From: Candidatus Omnitrophota bacterium
Lineage (GTDB): Bacteria; Omnitrophota; Gorgyraeia; VGKH01
Assembly: GCA_043819095.1 (NCBI GenBank)
Contig: JBDRFF010000056.1
Coordinates: forward strand, 20,076-84,075
Direction: 5' to 3'
DNA length: 64,000 nt
Below the pieces are notes generated by a model that was given only the letters and a program-made list of their open reading frames with translations, made no database searches and was not told where the DNA came from. The position numbers and the translations under genes are program-made. This document shows, one piece after another, positions 10,490 through 21,967 of the stretch (positions are counted from its first letter, which is position 1; each line of letters begins with the position of its first letter).

Positions 10490-10591
10490 TTTTCAACCTT
10501 TCTTTTTATGACGAGAAAAACGGAATTAATATTATAATTTTACCATATTTTCTGACGAGGTCAATATAATTTTTCGTCGAGAAATATAAAT

Positions 10592-10618
10592 AAAAAACGC
10601 CATTTTTGATATGGCGTT
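10592..10618 (-). terminator. rho-independent terminator after rpsI
   Basis: On the minus strand, stem aacgccat / atggcgtt with a 7-nt loop is followed by a ttttttatttat run. It lies 35 nt after the rpsI stop. Confidence 0.6.
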
Positions 10619-10652
10619 TAAGGAAAAAGAATATTTATTTATAATTTTATAA

Positions 10653-11048
10653 TTATCGCTTAGTCCACTGAAATCTCCTTCTGGCTCCTTTCTGGCCATA
10701 TTTCTTACGCTCTTTCATACGCGGATCGCGGCGCAAGAAACCCTCTTTCCTTAATAAAGAATGAGTGCTCTCGTCGATAACGGCAATCGCCCTAGAAATG
10801 CCAAGTCTCAAAGCTCCGGCTTGACCGGTCTTTCCGCCGCCAGTAAGATTAACCAGTATATTGAATTTATTCTGCATATTCGTAGCCTCCAAAGGCTGCG
10901 CTATTAAAATCCTGTCTGTCTCCCGTGGAAAATATTCTTCTAGCGTAGTACCGTTTACAGTGATTTTACCGCTACCGGCGCTTAGTCTTACTCGAGCTAC
11001 CGCGTCTCTTCTTCTTCCAGTTGTCCAAATTTCCTTATTTTCCACCAT
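10653..11048 (-). CDS. rpsI: 30S ribosomal protein S9
   Basis: 131 aa. Contains GRRRDAVARV and a C-terminal KKYGQKGARRRFQWTKR. Confidence 0.95.
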   Translation of the reverse strand: MVENKEIWTTGRRRDAVARVRLSAGSGKITVNGTTLEEYFPRETDRILIAQPLEATNMQNKFNILVNLTGGGKTGQAGALRLGISRAIAVIDESTHSLLRKEGFLRRDPRMKERKKYGQKGARRRFQWTKR

Positions 11049-11050
11049 GA

Positions 11051-11482
11051 CTATACCTCCAATGTTACCGGGCTCTGCGCCTTGTGAGGATGATCTTCAT
11101 TATCGTAAACTTTAAGTTTCTTGCAGATTTTTCTTCCTAAAGAATTATCCGGCAACATCCTTTTTACAGCTAATCTAATAACCTTGCTTGGATTCTTCTT
11201 TAACATCGCCTCAAGCGTATATTCTCTTAATCCGCTGGGATATCCTGAAAAATGTAAATAAACCTTCTCCTTTAGTTTCTTACCTGTAACCCTAATCTCT
11301 GCAGCATTAATCACAATAACTGCATCGCCTGTATCAATATGTGGCGTATAACAAGATTTGTGTTTGCCTCTTAAGATACTAGCCACTTTAGATGCAAGTC
11401 TCCCCAGGATTTTACCTTTGGCATCTACAAGATAAAAAATGCGCTTTATATCACTTTGTTTAGCTATGTACGTTTTATTCAT
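11051..11482 (-). CDS. rplM: 50S ribosomal protein L13
   Basis: 143 aa. Contains YLVDAKGKILGRLAS...LRGKHK, immediately upstream of rpsI. Confidence 0.95.
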   Translation of the reverse strand: MNKTYIAKQSDIKRIFYLVDAKGKILGRLASKVASILRGKHKSCYTPHIDTGDAVIVINAAEIRVTGKKLKEKVYLHFSGYPSGLREYTLEAMLKKNPSKVIRLAVKRMLPDNSLGRKICKKLKVYDNEDHPHKAQSPVTLEV

Positions 11483-11517
11483 AAGGAGTTAGAATATAAC
11501 ATTATTTGAGACAGAAG

Positions 11518-12258
11518 TCAATAGTTAACTTTCAAAAGGTATAAACCGCCTGCAGGGGCTGATGGACCGGCTAAACAGCGATTTTTACTGCTTAAAAGCC
11601 TGTTAATTGTGCCTTTTTCGAACCTTCCTCTACCGATTTCTATAAGTGTTCCCACGATGTTTCTTACCATTTTATACAAGAAACCATTGGACTCGATCTC
11701 GATACTTATAGAATCAGCTTTTTTATTAATTTTGATGCTTTTAATCGTTCGCACAGAACCTCTTTGAACCTTATTTGCAGACTGAAAGACTTTAAAATCA
11801 TGTCTGCCAAGCAGTTGCCTTGCTTCTTGTTGCATTAAATTTAAATCTAATCTATAAGAAATAAACAGGCATCGATTTCGATATATTGCCGGGCGCTCCA
11901 TCCTATTTAAAATTACATATCGATAAACCTTTGATTTGACATCGTATCTGGAATGGAATTTTGAATCAACTTCTTTTGCTCCCCTGACCACGATATCCAA
12001 GGGTAAATTTGAGTTCAGCGCCATTTTGATCTGGTCTGGCTTTAGCTTTGTCCTGGTTTTGAAATTAGCGACCTGGCCGAGCGCGTGCACCCCGCTGTCA
12101 GTCCTACCGGATGCAATCAGTTTAATCTTTTCTCCTAAAATTTTCTCCAGCGATTTTTCTAAAACCTGCTGAATAGTTTTAGTTCGACGTTTGCCTTGAG
12201 ACTGCCAACCTTTATAGATTGTTCCGTCATATTCAATAGTCAATTTAATATTTCGCAT
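11518..12258 (-). CDS. truA: tRNA pseudouridine(38-40) synthase
   Basis: 246 aa. Contains IEYDGTIYKGWQSQ and ASGRTDSGVHALGQV (catalytic Asp). Confidence 0.92.
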   Translation of the reverse strand: MRNIKLTIEYDGTIYKGWQSQGKRRTKTIQQVLEKSLEKILGEKIKLIASGRTDSGVHALGQVANFKTRTKLKPDQIKMALNSNLPLDIVVRGAKEVDSKFHSRYDVKSKVYRYVILNRMERPAIYRNRCLFISYRLDLNLMQQEARQLLGRHDFKVFQSANKVQRGSVRTIKSIKINKKADSISIEIESNGFLYKMVRNIVGTLIEIGRGRFEKGTINRLLSSKNRCLAGPSAPAGGLYLLKVNY

Positions 12259-12294
12259 AAGTATTTTTTTTAAACGGATGGGTAAATTGAGCGG

Positions 12295-13305
12295 TTACTT
12301 GATCAACTCTTCGGCAATCTGGATAGCGTTTAATGCTGCACCTTTACGAAGATTGTCAGAGACGACCCAAAGCCATAGGCCGTTTTTGACAAACGGGTCG
12401 CGCCGCACGCGTCCGACAAAAACCTCATCTTTACCTTCGCAGTTAATCGGCATAGGATAAAGATTATTTTTTACATCATCGACTAATTTCACTCCTGGAG
12501 CTTTCGATAAAATTTCTTTTGCCCTTTCTGAAGAGATGGGTTTTTTGGTCTCAAGATATATCGCCTGCGAATGCCCGGTCTTAACAGAAACCCTGACAGT
12601 GGTAGAAGAAATCTTTATCGAATCATCCTCTAAAATCTTATGGGCCTCCTTAACCGATTTCCATTCTTCGGAAGTATAATCATCTTCTGCAAAATCTCCT
12701 ACATGCGGAAACACATTAAAGGCAATTTCTTGCGGCAGGACTCGAGAAACATCCTCTTTACCTGCATTTGCCCAAGCCCTATATTCGTCTTGCAGCTGTC
12801 TAACCGCAGCTCTGCCTGCTCCGGAAACTGCCTGATAACTACAAAGAATAACTCTTTCTATTCCTGCATTTTTATAAATTGGATTGATAGCCACAACCAT
12901 CTGAATTGTAGTACAATTCGGATTAGCGATTATGCCTTTGTGCTTTTTGATTTCTTTTGCATTGACCTCAGGCACAGCTAAAGGAACATCCGCTTTCATC
13001 CTGAAATCTCTGCCATTATCTATTACAACAGCGCCTCTTTTTACTGCCTCAGGACCATAAGTCACAGCAGCGCCTTTTTCGCCTTCCGTTCCCGCAAACA
13101 GAGCGATATTTATTTCGTTGAAACCATCATTGCTAATCTGTTTCACTGAATATGATCTATCATCGACTTTGATGTCGCGAGCGCTTCTGGCAAAAACACG
13201 TAGTTCACCAATAGGGAAATTCCTTTGCGCTAAAACGCGAAGCATCTCCTCGCCAACCGCACCTACACCGACAACTGCAACATTATACTTGTCTTTCTTC
13301 TTCAT
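12295..13305 (-). CDS. asd: aspartate-semialdehyde dehydrogenase
   Basis: 336 aa. Contains VVGVGAVG, ANPNCTTI (active Cys) and YQAVSGAG. Confidence 0.92.
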   Translation of the reverse strand: MKKKDKYNVAVVGVGAVGEEMLRVLAQRNFPIGELRVFARSARDIKVDDRSYSVKQISNDGFNEINIALFAGTEGEKGAAVTYGPEAVKRGAVVIDNGRDFRMKADVPLAVPEVNAKEIKKHKGIIANPNCTTIQMVVAINPIYKNAGIERVILCSYQAVSGAGRAAVRQLQDEYRAWANAGKEDVSRVLPQEIAFNVFPHVGDFAEDDYTSEEWKSVKEAHKILEDDSIKISSTTVRVSVKTGHSQAIYLETKKPISSERAKEILSKAPGVKLVDDVKNNLYPMPINCEGKDEVFVGRVRRDPFVKNGLWLWVVSDNLRKGAALNAIQIAEELIK

Positions 13306-13320
13306 CTAGATTCACATCCT

Positions 13321-14385
13321 TTACAAATTCTTAACAACTAAATCTCCGACTTCAGTTGTCGAATACCCCATCTTTCCCGCTGAAAGAGATTTTAGCTTGT
13401 CTTTTGTAATCTTCATTACAGATTTCTCAACTGCAACTGCTGCTTTTTCTTCTCCTAAATGTTCAAGCATCATTTGACCTGCGCAGATGCAGGCAAGTGG
13501 GTTTATAACATTTTTGCCTGTATATTTCGGCGCAGAGCCACCAATAGGCTCAAACATAGAGACACCCTCTGGATTTAAATTTCCGCCTGCAGCGATTCCC
13601 ATGCCACCCTGAATCATAGCTCCCAAATCTGTAATTATATCACCGAACATATTATCTGTGACGATTACATCAAACCATTCGGGATTTTTAATCATCCACA
13701 TACAGGTGGCGTCCACATGGGTGTAATCAGTTTTGATACTGGGATATTTTTTTGCGACATCATTAAATGTCCTCTCCCAAAGATCCCAGGCAAAGGTTAA
13801 AACATTGGTCTTGCCGCAAAGAGTTAAACTTTTCTTTTTATTTCGCTTCTTGCAATACTCAAATGCAAAACGAACGCAACGCTCAACCCCAATTCTCGTG
13901 TTATAAGAAACCTGAATCGCAACTTCATCTTTTGTCCCCTTCTTTTGGAATTCTCCCATTCCTTTATATAGGCCTTCAGTATTTTCACGCACAACAACAA
14001 AGTCTATTTCCTCCGGACCTTTATCCTTAATCGGAGTCCAGACTCCAGGATAGAGTTTTACCGGACGAAGGTTTATATATTGATCTAAATCAAATCTAGT
14101 TTTAAGGAGGATCCCTTTCTCTAAGATACCAGGCTTCACATCCGGATGACCGATCGCGCCCAGATAAATCGCATCCATTTTTTTAAATTCTTCGATTGCA
14201 GAATCAGGTAGGACCTCTCCGGTCTTTAAATATCTATCACCGCCAAAATCGTAGTTTACAAAATCGAACTTGAAGTCGTATTTGTTAGAGACAGCCTCCG
14301 TAACCTTTATGCCTTCACGCATTACTTCAGGACCAGTCCCGTCTCCAGGAATCACTGCAATTTTATATGTTTTTTTCTTACCCAT
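13321..14385 (-). CDS. leuB: 3-isopropylmalate dehydrogenase family (isocitrate/isopropylmalate/tartrate beta-decarboxylating dehydrogenase)
   Basis: 354 aa. Contains [19 protein letters not shown] and [10 protein letters not shown]. The nucleotide loop reads EPIGGSAP rather than the EPVHGSAP I remember. Adjacent to leuCD. Confidence 0.72.
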   Translation of the reverse strand: MGKKKTYKIAVIPGDGTGPEVMREGIKVTEAVSNKYDFKFDFVNYDFGGDRYLKTGEVLPDSAIEEFKKMDAIYLGAIGHPDVKPGILEKGILLKTRFDLDQYINLRPVKLYPGVWTPIKDKGPEEIDFVVVRENTEGLYKGMGEFQKKGTKDEVAIQVSYNTRIGVERCVRFAFEYCKKRNKKKSLTLCGKTNVLTFAWDLWERTFNDVAKKYPSIKTDYTHVDATCMWMIKNPEWFDVIVTDNMFGDIITDLGAMIQGGMGIAAGGNLNPEGVSMFEPIGGSAPKYTGKNVINPLACICAGQMMLEHLGEEKAAVAVEKSVMKITKDKLKSLSAGKMGYSTTEVGDLVVKNL

Positions 14386-14396
14386 TTTGACTCCGA

Positions 14397-14885
14397 TTAT
14401 TTTTTGTGTTTCTTAACCCATCTCATTAATCCACCTGCATTAACCAACTCTTGCATAAAGCCGGAAAATACCTGAGATTTATATTCTTTTTTGTTCGATA
14501 GATTTTTTATTATACCTTTATTTATGTCGACTTCCAATAAATCATTTTGTTTTATTTGTTTCACATCGGAAATCTTAATGATGGGAAGTCCAATATTTAT
14601 CGCGTTTCTGAAAAATATCCTGGCGAAACTTTTTGCGATAACACAAGATACACCGCTTCCCTTAATCGCTCGCGGTGCATGCTCCCGCGAAGAACCACAG
14701 CCAAAATTTTTTCCAGCAACGATAATATCATTCTTTTTAACCTTTTTAGAGAAATGCCTATCCAGAGACTCCATGCAATGCTTACCCAAATCTTTTGCTG
14801 AGGTCAAATTAAGGTACCGCGCTGCAATAATCTCATCAGTATTGACATCATCCCCAAATTTATGAACTCTTCCTTTTAATGACAT
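14397..14885 (-). CDS. leuD: 3-isopropylmalate dehydratase small subunit (short, archaeal-like type)
   Basis: 162 aa. Contains the [14 protein letters not shown] aconitase swivel-domain motif. Confidence 0.8.
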   Translation of the reverse strand: MSLKGRVHKFGDDVNTDEIIAARYLNLTSAKDLGKHCMESLDRHFSKKVKKNDIIVAGKNFGCGSSREHAPRAIKGSGVSCVIAKSFARIFFRNAINIGLPIIKISDVKQIKQNDLLEVDINKGIIKNLSNKKEYKSQVFSGFMQELVNAGGLMRWVKKHKK

Positions 14886-14899
14886 AATAAAATATAAAT

Positions 14900-16177
14900 T
14901 TAAACTATCTCCTGCGGGTGAGCAATCCTTCCTTTAATACTACTTGCTGCTGCAACTGCTGGATTAGAAAGATAAACAAAACTTTTCACATCGCCCATGC
15001 GACCAAGAAAATTCCTGTTTGTAGTTGCTAAGGCAACTTCTCCTTCGGCTAAAACTCCCAGATGACCGCCTAAACACGGACCACAGCTTGGGGTTGAAAA
15101 AACTCCCCCTGCCTTAACAAAAATCTCAGCCAATCCTTCTTCCACTGCCTGTAGGTAAATCTTTTGCGTTGCAGGAAAAACTATTAAACGCAGTTTCGGG
15201 AAAACTTTTTTACCTTTTAAAATCTTAGCAGCGATTCTTAAATCAGAGATCCTTCCGTTAGTGCAAGAACCGATTACAACTTGATTTAATTTTACGTTTC
15301 TTAATTTGCTAATCGGCTTCACATTGCTAGGTAGATGTGGGCAGGCCACTGCCGGCTCCCATTTACTTACATCGTAGGTCTTAACCTGCGAATATCTCGC
15401 ATCCTTATCGCTTTTCAACTTACTAAGCATCATCTTGTTTACAGATTTTTTCTGGATATTTTTAACGAATCCGAAAGTTTTCTCATCCGGTTCGATAATC
15501 CCAGATTTTCCTCCTGCCTCAATTGCCATATTGCAGATAGAAAACCTATCATCCATACCTAAGTTTTTTATTGCCTCTCCGGTAAATTCTATTGCTTTGT
15601 AAGCAGCGCCATCGACTCCGATATCAGCGATTGTATGCAGAATAATATCTTTTCCGCCGACCCATTTATTTGGTTTTCCTTCATAGACAAATTTTATTGT
15701 CTCCGGAACTTTAAACCACGCCTTACCCAAGACCCAGCTGGCAGCTAAATCAGTTGAACCCACGCCGGTTGCAAATGCACCTAATGCTCCGTAAGTACAA
15801 GTATGCGAATCTGCTCCGATTACTAAATCTCCAGGCCCAACCAAACCTTTTTCTGGCAGAAGCGCATGCTCAATCCCCATGCAACCAATCTCAAAATAAT
15901 TCTTGATCTTATATTTATGAGCAAAATCCTTTAGAATCCTGGCTGCGTTGGCTGCTTTCATATCTTTCGCCGGAAGAAAATGATCCGGCACAAGAGCGAT
16001 CTTGTTCGGATTGAAGACTTTTCTTTGTCTTAATTTACTAAATTCTTCAATCGCCAAAGGCGCTGTAATGTCATTGCCTAATGTAAAATCGACTTTGGCT
16101 AAGATAAATTCTCCCGGCCGAAGCTGCTTCTTGCCGCAATGTGCACATAAAATTTTCTCTGTAATCGTCATTCCCAT
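14900..16177 (-). CDS. leuC: 3-isopropylmalate dehydratase large subunit
   Basis: 425 aa aconitase family. Contains [20 protein letters not shown] and PSCGPCLG cluster ligand motifs. Confidence 0.85.
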   Translation of the reverse strand: MGMTITEKILCAHCGKKQLRPGEFILAKVDFTLGNDITAPLAIEEFSKLRQRKVFNPNKIALVPDHFLPAKDMKAANAARILKDFAHKYKIKNYFEIGCMGIEHALLPEKGLVGPGDLVIGADSHTCTYGALGAFATGVGSTDLAASWVLGKAWFKVPETIKFVYEGKPNKWVGGKDIILHTIADIGVDGAAYKAIEFTGEAIKNLGMDDRFSICNMAIEAGGKSGIIEPDEKTFGFVKNIQKKSVNKMMLSKLKSDKDARYSQVKTYDVSKWEPAVACPHLPSNVKPISKLRNVKLNQVVIGSCTNGRISDLRIAAKILKGKKVFPKLRLIVFPATQKIYLQAVEEGLAEIFVKAGGVFSTPSCGPCLGGHLGVLAEGEVALATTNRNFLGRMGDVKSFVYLSNPAVAAASSIKGRIAHPQEIV

Positions 16178-16238
16178 AATATATACCTATATTATATATA
16201 CAATTTTAAAAATCGCAATAGGGTTTATACCAAAATTT

Positions 16239-17477
16239 TTATTTGAATCTTTTTAAGAGTAAGGTTGCGTTATGGCCACCGAAACCCAAAGAATTGGACA
16301 TAACTATATCGACATTAGTTTTGCGGGCATTATTAGGAACATAATCCAAATCGCATTCTGGATCAGGGTGTTCATAATTTGTTGTGGGCGGGAGGACATT
16401 ATCTCTTATAGCTAAAACGCAGGCAACGAACTCCACTCCGCCGGCAGCACCTAAAAGATGCCCGGTCATAGATTTCGTGGAGCTAACTGCTAATTTCTTT
16501 GCATGTGATCCGAAACTTTTCTTTATTGCCATTGTCTCAACCTTATCGTTTAATTGAGTAGATGTTCCGTGAGCATTTAAATAATTAACCTCTTCGGGGT
16601 TAACTTTTGCATTAAATAACGCCATGCTCATTGCTCGAGCAGCACCATCTCCTTCAGGATCAGGTGCAGTAATATGATAAGCATCTGCCGATAAACCGTA
16701 TCCAACGCATTCAGCATAGATTCTAGCGCCTCTTTTTTTGGCATGTTTTAATTCTTCCAATACCACAATGCCAGCACCTTCTGCCATAACAAAACCGTCT
16801 CTTTCTTTATCAAACGGTCTGCTTGCCTTTTGTGGATCGTCATTTCTCGTAGAGCAAGCCTTGAGCGCGCAAAAACCACCTAGGCCAAGCGGTGAAATAC
16901 AACTCTCCGTGCCGCCGCAAAACATTATATCCGCATCGCCGTGCTGTAATATCCTAAACGCATCTCCGATGGCGTGTGAACCAGAGGCACAGGCAGTAGC
17001 AACGCAGGAATTCGGACCTTTGACCTTTAGATCCATAGATATGTGTCCGGCTGCCTCATTAACTATAAGAAGCGGTATCATAAAAGGAGAAAATTTCTTA
17101 GGGCCATATTTTAGGAAATTGCCGTATTCTCTTTCTACCGTGTTTAAACTACCAATACCTGAACCAACAATAACACCGATACGGTTTCTATCCAGCTTTT
17201 CAAAATCCAAACCAGCATCTTTCGCTGCCTCTCTTGAAGCAATAACTGCGTACTGGACAAATTTATCCATGCGCCGGGTTTCTTTGCTGTTAAAATGGTC
17301 TAATGGATTATAATCTTTTACTTCGCCGCCAATCCTGGAATCAAAAACACTAACATCAAATTGCTTAATAGGACCTACGCCGCTTTTGGACTCTAAGAGT
17401 GATTTCCAGAAATCATTTACGTTATTACCAACCGGTGAAATAATCCCTAATCCTGTTACAACGATTCTTTTCTTCAT
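16239..17477 (-). CDS. fabF: beta-ketoacyl-ACP synthase II
   Basis: 412 aa. Contains ATACASGSHAIG (active Cys), NAHGTSTQLND and GHLLGAAG. Confidence 0.93.
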   Translation of the reverse strand: MKKRIVVTGLGIISPVGNNVNDFWKSLLESKSGVGPIKQFDVSVFDSRIGGEVKDYNPLDHFNSKETRRMDKFVQYAVIASREAAKDAGLDFEKLDRNRIGVIVGSGIGSLNTVEREYGNFLKYGPKKFSPFMIPLLIVNEAAGHISMDLKVKGPNSCVATACASGSHAIGDAFRILQHGDADIMFCGGTESCISPLGLGGFCALKACSTRNDDPQKASRPFDKERDGFVMAEGAGIVVLEELKHAKKRGARIYAECVGYGLSADAYHITAPDPEGDGAARAMSMALFNAKVNPEEVNYLNAHGTSTQLNDKVETMAIKKSFGSHAKKLAVSSTKSMTGHLLGAAGGVEFVACVLAIRDNVLPPTTNYEHPDPECDLDYVPNNARKTNVDIVMSNSLGFGGHNATLLLKRFK

Positions 17478-17502
17478 AATTTTTACTACCGCCTATAAAC
17501 AG

Positions 17503-17528
17503 TTGCCCCGACTTAGGAGTCGGGGCAA
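17503..17528 (-). terminator. GC-rich stem-loop between acpP and fabF (partial terminator or attenuator)
   Basis: ttgccccgact / agtcggggcaa forms an 11-bp stem with a 4-nt loop. The downstream U-tract is weak. Confidence 0.4.
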
Positions 17529-17559
17529 AAATTTTATCTAAAAATTAATAATTATAATC

Positions 17560-17802
17560 TTATTTTGCTTGTTTGGCTTTTTCTTCAATGTATTTGATTG
17601 CATGGCCAACAGTGGTCATCTTCTCAGCATCTTCATCGGGTATCTCGATTCCAAACTCCTCTTCCAATGCCATAACTAATTCCACCGTATCCAATGAATC
17701 CGCGCCCAGATCATCAATAAACGAGGCTTCGGGTGTGACCTCTTCAGGTTTTACTCCTAGCTGCTCAGCAATTATTGATTTGACTTTTTCATCTACTGCC
17801 AT
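17560..17802 (-). CDS. acpP: acyl carrier protein
   Basis: 80 aa. Contains the [13 protein letters not shown] phosphopantetheine site. Lies between fabG and fabF. Confidence 0.93.
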   Translation of the reverse strand: MAVDEKVKSIIAEQLGVKPEEVTPEASFIDDLGADSLDTVELVMALEEEFGIEIPDEDAEKMTTVGHAIKYIEEKAKQAK

Positions 17803-17842
17803 TTACTACCTCCTTTAGTCTTTAGCTTCTTGAGTATTGGGC

Positions 17843-18583
17843 CTACATAGCCAATCCGCCATCGACCACTATAGTCTGTCCAGTGATGTAATTTGAATCT
17901 GGCGAGGCCAAGAACAAACACGCCCCAGCAACATCACGGGGAGCGCCCATCTTTTTTATTGGAATCAGAGAAAGCAGCTTCTGTTTAACTTCACTAGGAA
18001 GCTTCTCTGTCATCTCGGTCTGGATGTATCCAGGCGCAACTGCATTAACATTAACGTTTCGCGAGGCAAGCTCTTTAGCTACGGATTTCGTAAATCCGAT
18101 TATGCCTGCCTTGCTAGCAGCATAATTTGCTTGCCCTGGATTACCCATTATACCAATGATCGAAGCAATGTTGATAATCTTACCTTCTCGCTGCCTTAAC
18201 ATTACCTTTGAAACTACCTTGGTGCAGTTAAAGGTGCCTTTCAGATTCACATTCAGCACTGCATCCCAATCGGTCTCTTTCATTCTGAGAAGAATATTAT
18301 CTTTGGTAATGCCAGCGTTGTTTATTAATATATCAATCCTTTTAAATTTGTCAAGGATTTTATTTACCATTTCTTCTATGCTGGCTAAATCCGTAACATC
18401 AACCTTAAAGCTAGTAGTTTCGACACCTAAGGATGCTATTTCTTCGGCAGTGGCAGATGCCGTAACCTCATCGATATCGCAAATAACAATCTTTGCGCCT
18501 TCCTTTGCAAAAGCAGCGGCGATTTCCTTACCAATACCTCGACCAGAACCGGTAACTAAGGCAACTTTATCTTTCAGCATCAT
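17843..18583 (-). CDS. fabG: 3-oxoacyl-ACP reductase
   Basis: 246 aa SDR. Contains TGSGRGIG, NNAG and YAASKAG. Confidence 0.9.
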   Translation of the reverse strand: MMLKDKVALVTGSGRGIGKEIAAAFAKEGAKIVICDIDEVTASATAEEIASLGVETTSFKVDVTDLASIEEMVNKILDKFKRIDILINNAGITKDNILLRMKETDWDAVLNVNLKGTFNCTKVVSKVMLRQREGKIINIASIIGIMGNPGQANYAASKAGIIGFTKSVAKELASRNVNVNAVAPGYIQTEMTEKLPSEVKQKLLSLIPIKKMGAPRDVAGACLFLASPDSNYITGQTIVVDGGLAM

Positions 18584-18636
18584 CTTAAAAAGTATCTTAA
18601 CAACTAAATTCTAATTTGCAAGAAAAATTACTAAAA

Positions 18637-20208
18637 TTAGGTGTTTTCGTTCTCTTTGGCCAGGGTCATATCAAGAAATGTCTTAAGCCTACGAGAACGG
18701 GTAGGGTGCCTTAATTTCCTCAATGCCTTGGCTTCTATCTGGCGGACCCTCTCTCTTGTAACCTTGAAAGTATTTCCAACCTCTTCCAAAGTCCGAGCAG
18801 AACCGTCAGTTATACCGAACCTTAAATTGAGGATTCTTTTTTCTCTTTCAGTAAGAGAGTCTAACACCGTTTCTATTTCATCTTTAAGCATCGAGTGCAA
18901 CGTGGCGTTTGCCGGCGAGATCGCCTTCTTATCTTCAATGAAATCACCAAAATGAGTATCTCCCTCATCTCCGATAGGAGTCTGTAGAGATATTGGCACC
19001 TGAGAAATCTTTAAGATATCCTTGACCTTTTGGACAGGAAGACGCACTGCTTTGGAGATTTCCTGAGGAGTCGGCTCTCGGCCATTCTCCTGAACAAATA
19101 CTCGCGAAACCCTGATTATTTTATTAATCGTCTCGGTCATATGAACAGGGATTCTTATGGTTCTTGCTTGATCCGCAATAGAACGGGTAATTGCCTGCCT
19201 AATCCACCAAGTTGCATAGGTAGAAAATTTATAACCGCGTTTATATTCGAATTTCTCAACCGCACGGATTAAACCCATATTGCCTTCCTGAATAAGATCA
19301 AGAAAGGATAAACCGCGATTGATATATTTCTTTGCGATGCTGACGACCAATCTTAAGTTAGCCTCAACCAAATTCTTCTTTGCGCGACTAAATTTAGCCT
19401 GCCTGACCTTGACTGTCCTTAGCTGCTCTTTCAATTTCTTATAGGAGTTGCCGAGCTGCCGCATAAGCCTTCTTTTTCTCTTTCTTAATTTAGAAGCACT
19501 TGCACTTGTCCTTTTTCTGGATTTGCGTTTTTTTAAGTCTCTATCTATACGGTCAATCTCCCTTATCATCTTCTCTATTTTGTTGACAATCTCATAAGCC
19601 ACCCAGGGATTCAAATTAAACTGAATAAGAATCTCAAAGAATTTATTAGAGTCTTTTCTTATACGACGAAGTTTTTCTCTTACCTTTTTTGTCCTCCTTA
19701 AAAGCTTTACGCTTCCCTGAACTTCGTCTTCCACAAATTCCTCAACATTGAACTCACCACTTATAATACAGTCGATTATCTTTAACAACTCTCCTCGGGC
19801 ATAAGTGGTGTCTAATACGGTCTCGATGAATTTCCTTTCTGTCGCTTCAATCTTTTTGGCTAGTCCTATCTCGTCTTCCCTTGAGAGAAGCGGAATAGAA
19901 CCCATCTGCTTTAAATACATCTTTACAGGATCGTCCAACGGAAGGAATTTATCAGAAACTTTTTCTTCCTTCATGCCATTCTTCAAGGAGTCGCCGTTTT
20001 CCAATCTAGTCTTTTCGTAACTAGCTTTGTCTGCGCTTACAACCCTTATGCCCTTATTGTCGAGAACCTCAAAGACCTCGTCAATCTCATCGGAAGAAAT
20101 AACATCATCAGAAAGAATATCATTTACCTCATCATAGGTAAGATAGCCTTTCTTTTTCCCAAGAGTGATTAGTTTTTCTAAATCTTTTTTTTGAATTCTT
20201 TTAGGCAT
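18637..20208 (-). CDS. rpoD: primary RNA polymerase sigma factor
   Basis: 523 aa. Region 2 reads [39 protein letters not shown], and region 4 reads [28 protein letters not shown]. Confidence 0.93.
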   Translation of the reverse strand: MPKRIQKKDLEKLITLGKKKGYLTYDEVNDILSDDVISSDEIDEVFEVLDNKGIRVVSADKASYEKTRLENGDSLKNGMKEEKVSDKFLPLDDPVKMYLKQMGSIPLLSREDEIGLAKKIEATERKFIETVLDTTYARGELLKIIDCIISGEFNVEEFVEDEVQGSVKLLRRTKKVREKLRRIRKDSNKFFEILIQFNLNPWVAYEIVNKIEKMIREIDRIDRDLKKRKSRKRTSASASKLRKRKRRLMRQLGNSYKKLKEQLRTVKVRQAKFSRAKKNLVEANLRLVVSIAKKYINRGLSFLDLIQEGNMGLIRAVEKFEYKRGYKFSTYATWWIRQAITRSIADQARTIRIPVHMTETINKIIRVSRVFVQENGREPTPQEISKAVRLPVQKVKDILKISQVPISLQTPIGDEGDTHFGDFIEDKKAISPANATLHSMLKDEIETVLDSLTEREKRILNLRFGITDGSARTLEEVGNTFKVTRERVRQIEAKALRKLRHPTRSRRLKTFLDMTLAKENENT

Positions 20209-21967
20209 TCCTTCTCCCCTTAATCAAGCAATTATATTCTTTCATTAATTCACTCAATCTTCCTTTATCGCCTTGCGATTCGGCTGTCTTTATCCGGTTG
20301 CGTAGCTCCGACCGTTTACTTTTAAGACTTTCTTGTTTCAGACGATTAACGCAATCATCAAACGCCTTTTGTTTATCAATTTTCTTGCACTCATCAGAAA
20401 AACACAATTGGGTAAGTGTCTGACATATCGCCTGGTCATCGAAATAACTCATAAGCCGGTTCACTTCTATTGTCTTTCCTTTAGAATTTAAATCGAATAT
20501 AGAACAAATGATCTTTCTGACCAGTGGATCCTGGAAATCAGTAATTTCTAATTTTTCTTTTATCTGACTAATCAAACTCTCTTCTTCAAGGATAAGCTTA
20601 ACAATCATCTTCTCGACTGTGTTAAGATTTAGAGGCTTGTTAGCCAAAAATTTATCGAAATCTAACACAGAGTCATCTTTTACCTTATCCAACTCGATTA
20701 AAAGCGCTTCTTCTCTTACGTTGAGTATTTCAGAAAGATTTTTCATATAACTGGATTTCAAAACCTCATTTTTTACTTTGCTTATAGTTATAAGCATCTC
20801 CTGGGCAATCTTTGCCTTTCCTTCAGATTTATCGATGTCGAATCTGATTTTAAGTAAATTTAATTTGTAATCAAAGAGATTAATTGCTTTGTCAATTTTT
20901 TCTTTTAATTTATCTATACCTTTTTCTCCCACAAATGAGTCGGGATCCAAACCCTTGGGAAGACTCACTACCTTAACATCCATCTCTAAACTAAGAAATA
21001 AATCTAGGCTTCGAAGCGTTGCCAGCTCTCCGGCATTATCTGCGTCAAAAATTATAATTGCATTTTGCGTGTATCTTTTTAATAACCTTATCTGCTCAAT
21101 TGTTAACGCCGTACCTAAACTAGCCACGATATTATCTAACCCTGCTTGATAGGGGATTATAAAATCCAAATAACCCTCGACAACCACTGCTTGATCCTGT
21201 TTTCTAATCGCATCTTTTGTAAAATTAAGGCCGAACAAGTTTCTGCCCTTAGAATAAATTAACGATTCCGGAGAATTAATGTATTTTGGAGTTATATCCT
21301 CGGTTGCCCTGGCTCCAAAGCCGATAACCCTTGATTTAATATCAAATATCGGGAAGATGATCCTATTTCTAAACCTGTCATAAAATCCCGCACCATCCTC
21401 GCGAGCGGAAATTAAACCAGATTTCTCAATTACGCTCAAGCTCGTATTTTTACCACGAAGATAATTGATTAACGAATCCCATTTATCGGGGGCATAACCC
21501 AATCGAAATTTCTTTGCCGTGGCTTGGGTTATGCCCCGCTTTTCCAAATAACTTCTTATGACAGAAGCATCTTTAGAATTAAAAAGAAAATCTTGATAAA
21601 AATTGCTTGCCTGTTCGTTAAGCGAAAAGAGTTTTTGACTCAAGCCGGAACTTTTCTGCGCAAGGTCTTTCTTGGGAATTGTAATCCCTGCTTTCTTTGC
21701 CAACATCTCGACTGCCTCGGGAAATTCCATTCTTTCGTAACGCATGAGAAAATTGACCGCATTGCCTCCCACGCCGCAGCCAAAGCAATGATAGATCTGT
21801 CTGTCCAGACTAACCATAAATGAAGGGGTCTTTTCATGATGAAATGGACAAAGCGCTCTAAAGTTTCTACCTGCGCGTTTTAAAGGGATATAGCCAGAGA
21901 TTACCTCAGCGATATTGGTCGCTTCAAGAACTCGATCAATAACCTCTTGCGGAATTAAACCAGGCAT
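20201..21967 (-). CDS. dnaG: DNA primase
   Basis: 588 aa. Contains the zinc ribbon [13 protein letters not shown]...HCFGCGVGG and a Toprim VVEGYLD...FDADNAG. 8-nt overlap with rpoD. Confidence 0.93.
   Translation of the reverse strand: MPGLIPQEVIDRVLEATNIAEVISGYIPLKRAGRNFRALCPFHHEKTPSFMVSLDRQIYHCFGCGVGGNAVNFLMRYERMEFPEAVEMLAKKAGITIPKKDLAQKSSGLSQKLFSLNEQASNFYQDFLFNSKDASVIRSYLEKRGITQATAKKFRLGYAPDKWDSLINYLRGKNTSLSVIEKSGLISAREDGAGFYDRFRNRIIFPIFDIKSRVIGFGARATEDITPKYINSPESLIYSKGRNLFGLNFTKDAIRKQDQAVVVEGYLDFIIPYQAGLDNIVASLGTALTIEQIRLLKRYTQNAIIIFDADNAGELATLRSLDLFLSLEMDVKVVSLPKGLDPDSFVGEKGIDKLKEKIDKAINLFDYKLNLLKIRFDIDKSEGKAKIAQEMLITISKVKNEVLKSSYMKNLSEILNVREEALLIELDKVKDDSVLDFDKFLANKPLNLNTVEKMIVKLILEEESLISQIKEKLEITDFQDPLVRKIICSIFDLNSKGKTIEVNRLMSYFDDQAICQTLTQLCFSDECKKIDKQKAFDDCVNRLKQESLKSKRSELRNRIKTAESQGDKGRLSELMKEYNCLIKGRRNA

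Noticed and set aside
10509-10583. TGACGAG direct repeat (10509 and 10553) plus a partial inverted copy in the arg-operon upstream region, as a possible ArgR-type operator
   Set aside because: A 7-mer recurring within ~160 nt is expected by chance about once. It bears no resemblance to the ARG-box consensus I know.
16738-17313. Long antisense ORFs inside conserved genes. This one is 191 aa in fabF. Others are 25922..26479 in smc, 51394..51921 in the dehydrogenase, 53997..54488 in dnaX, 21915..22391, 18156..18614, 38338..38760 and 57134..57583.
   Set aside because: Each is fully contained opposite a gene with strong family motifs. The products are Ser/Leu/Phe-rich low-complexity sequences with no SD. 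These are typical shadow ORFs of AT-rich genomes.
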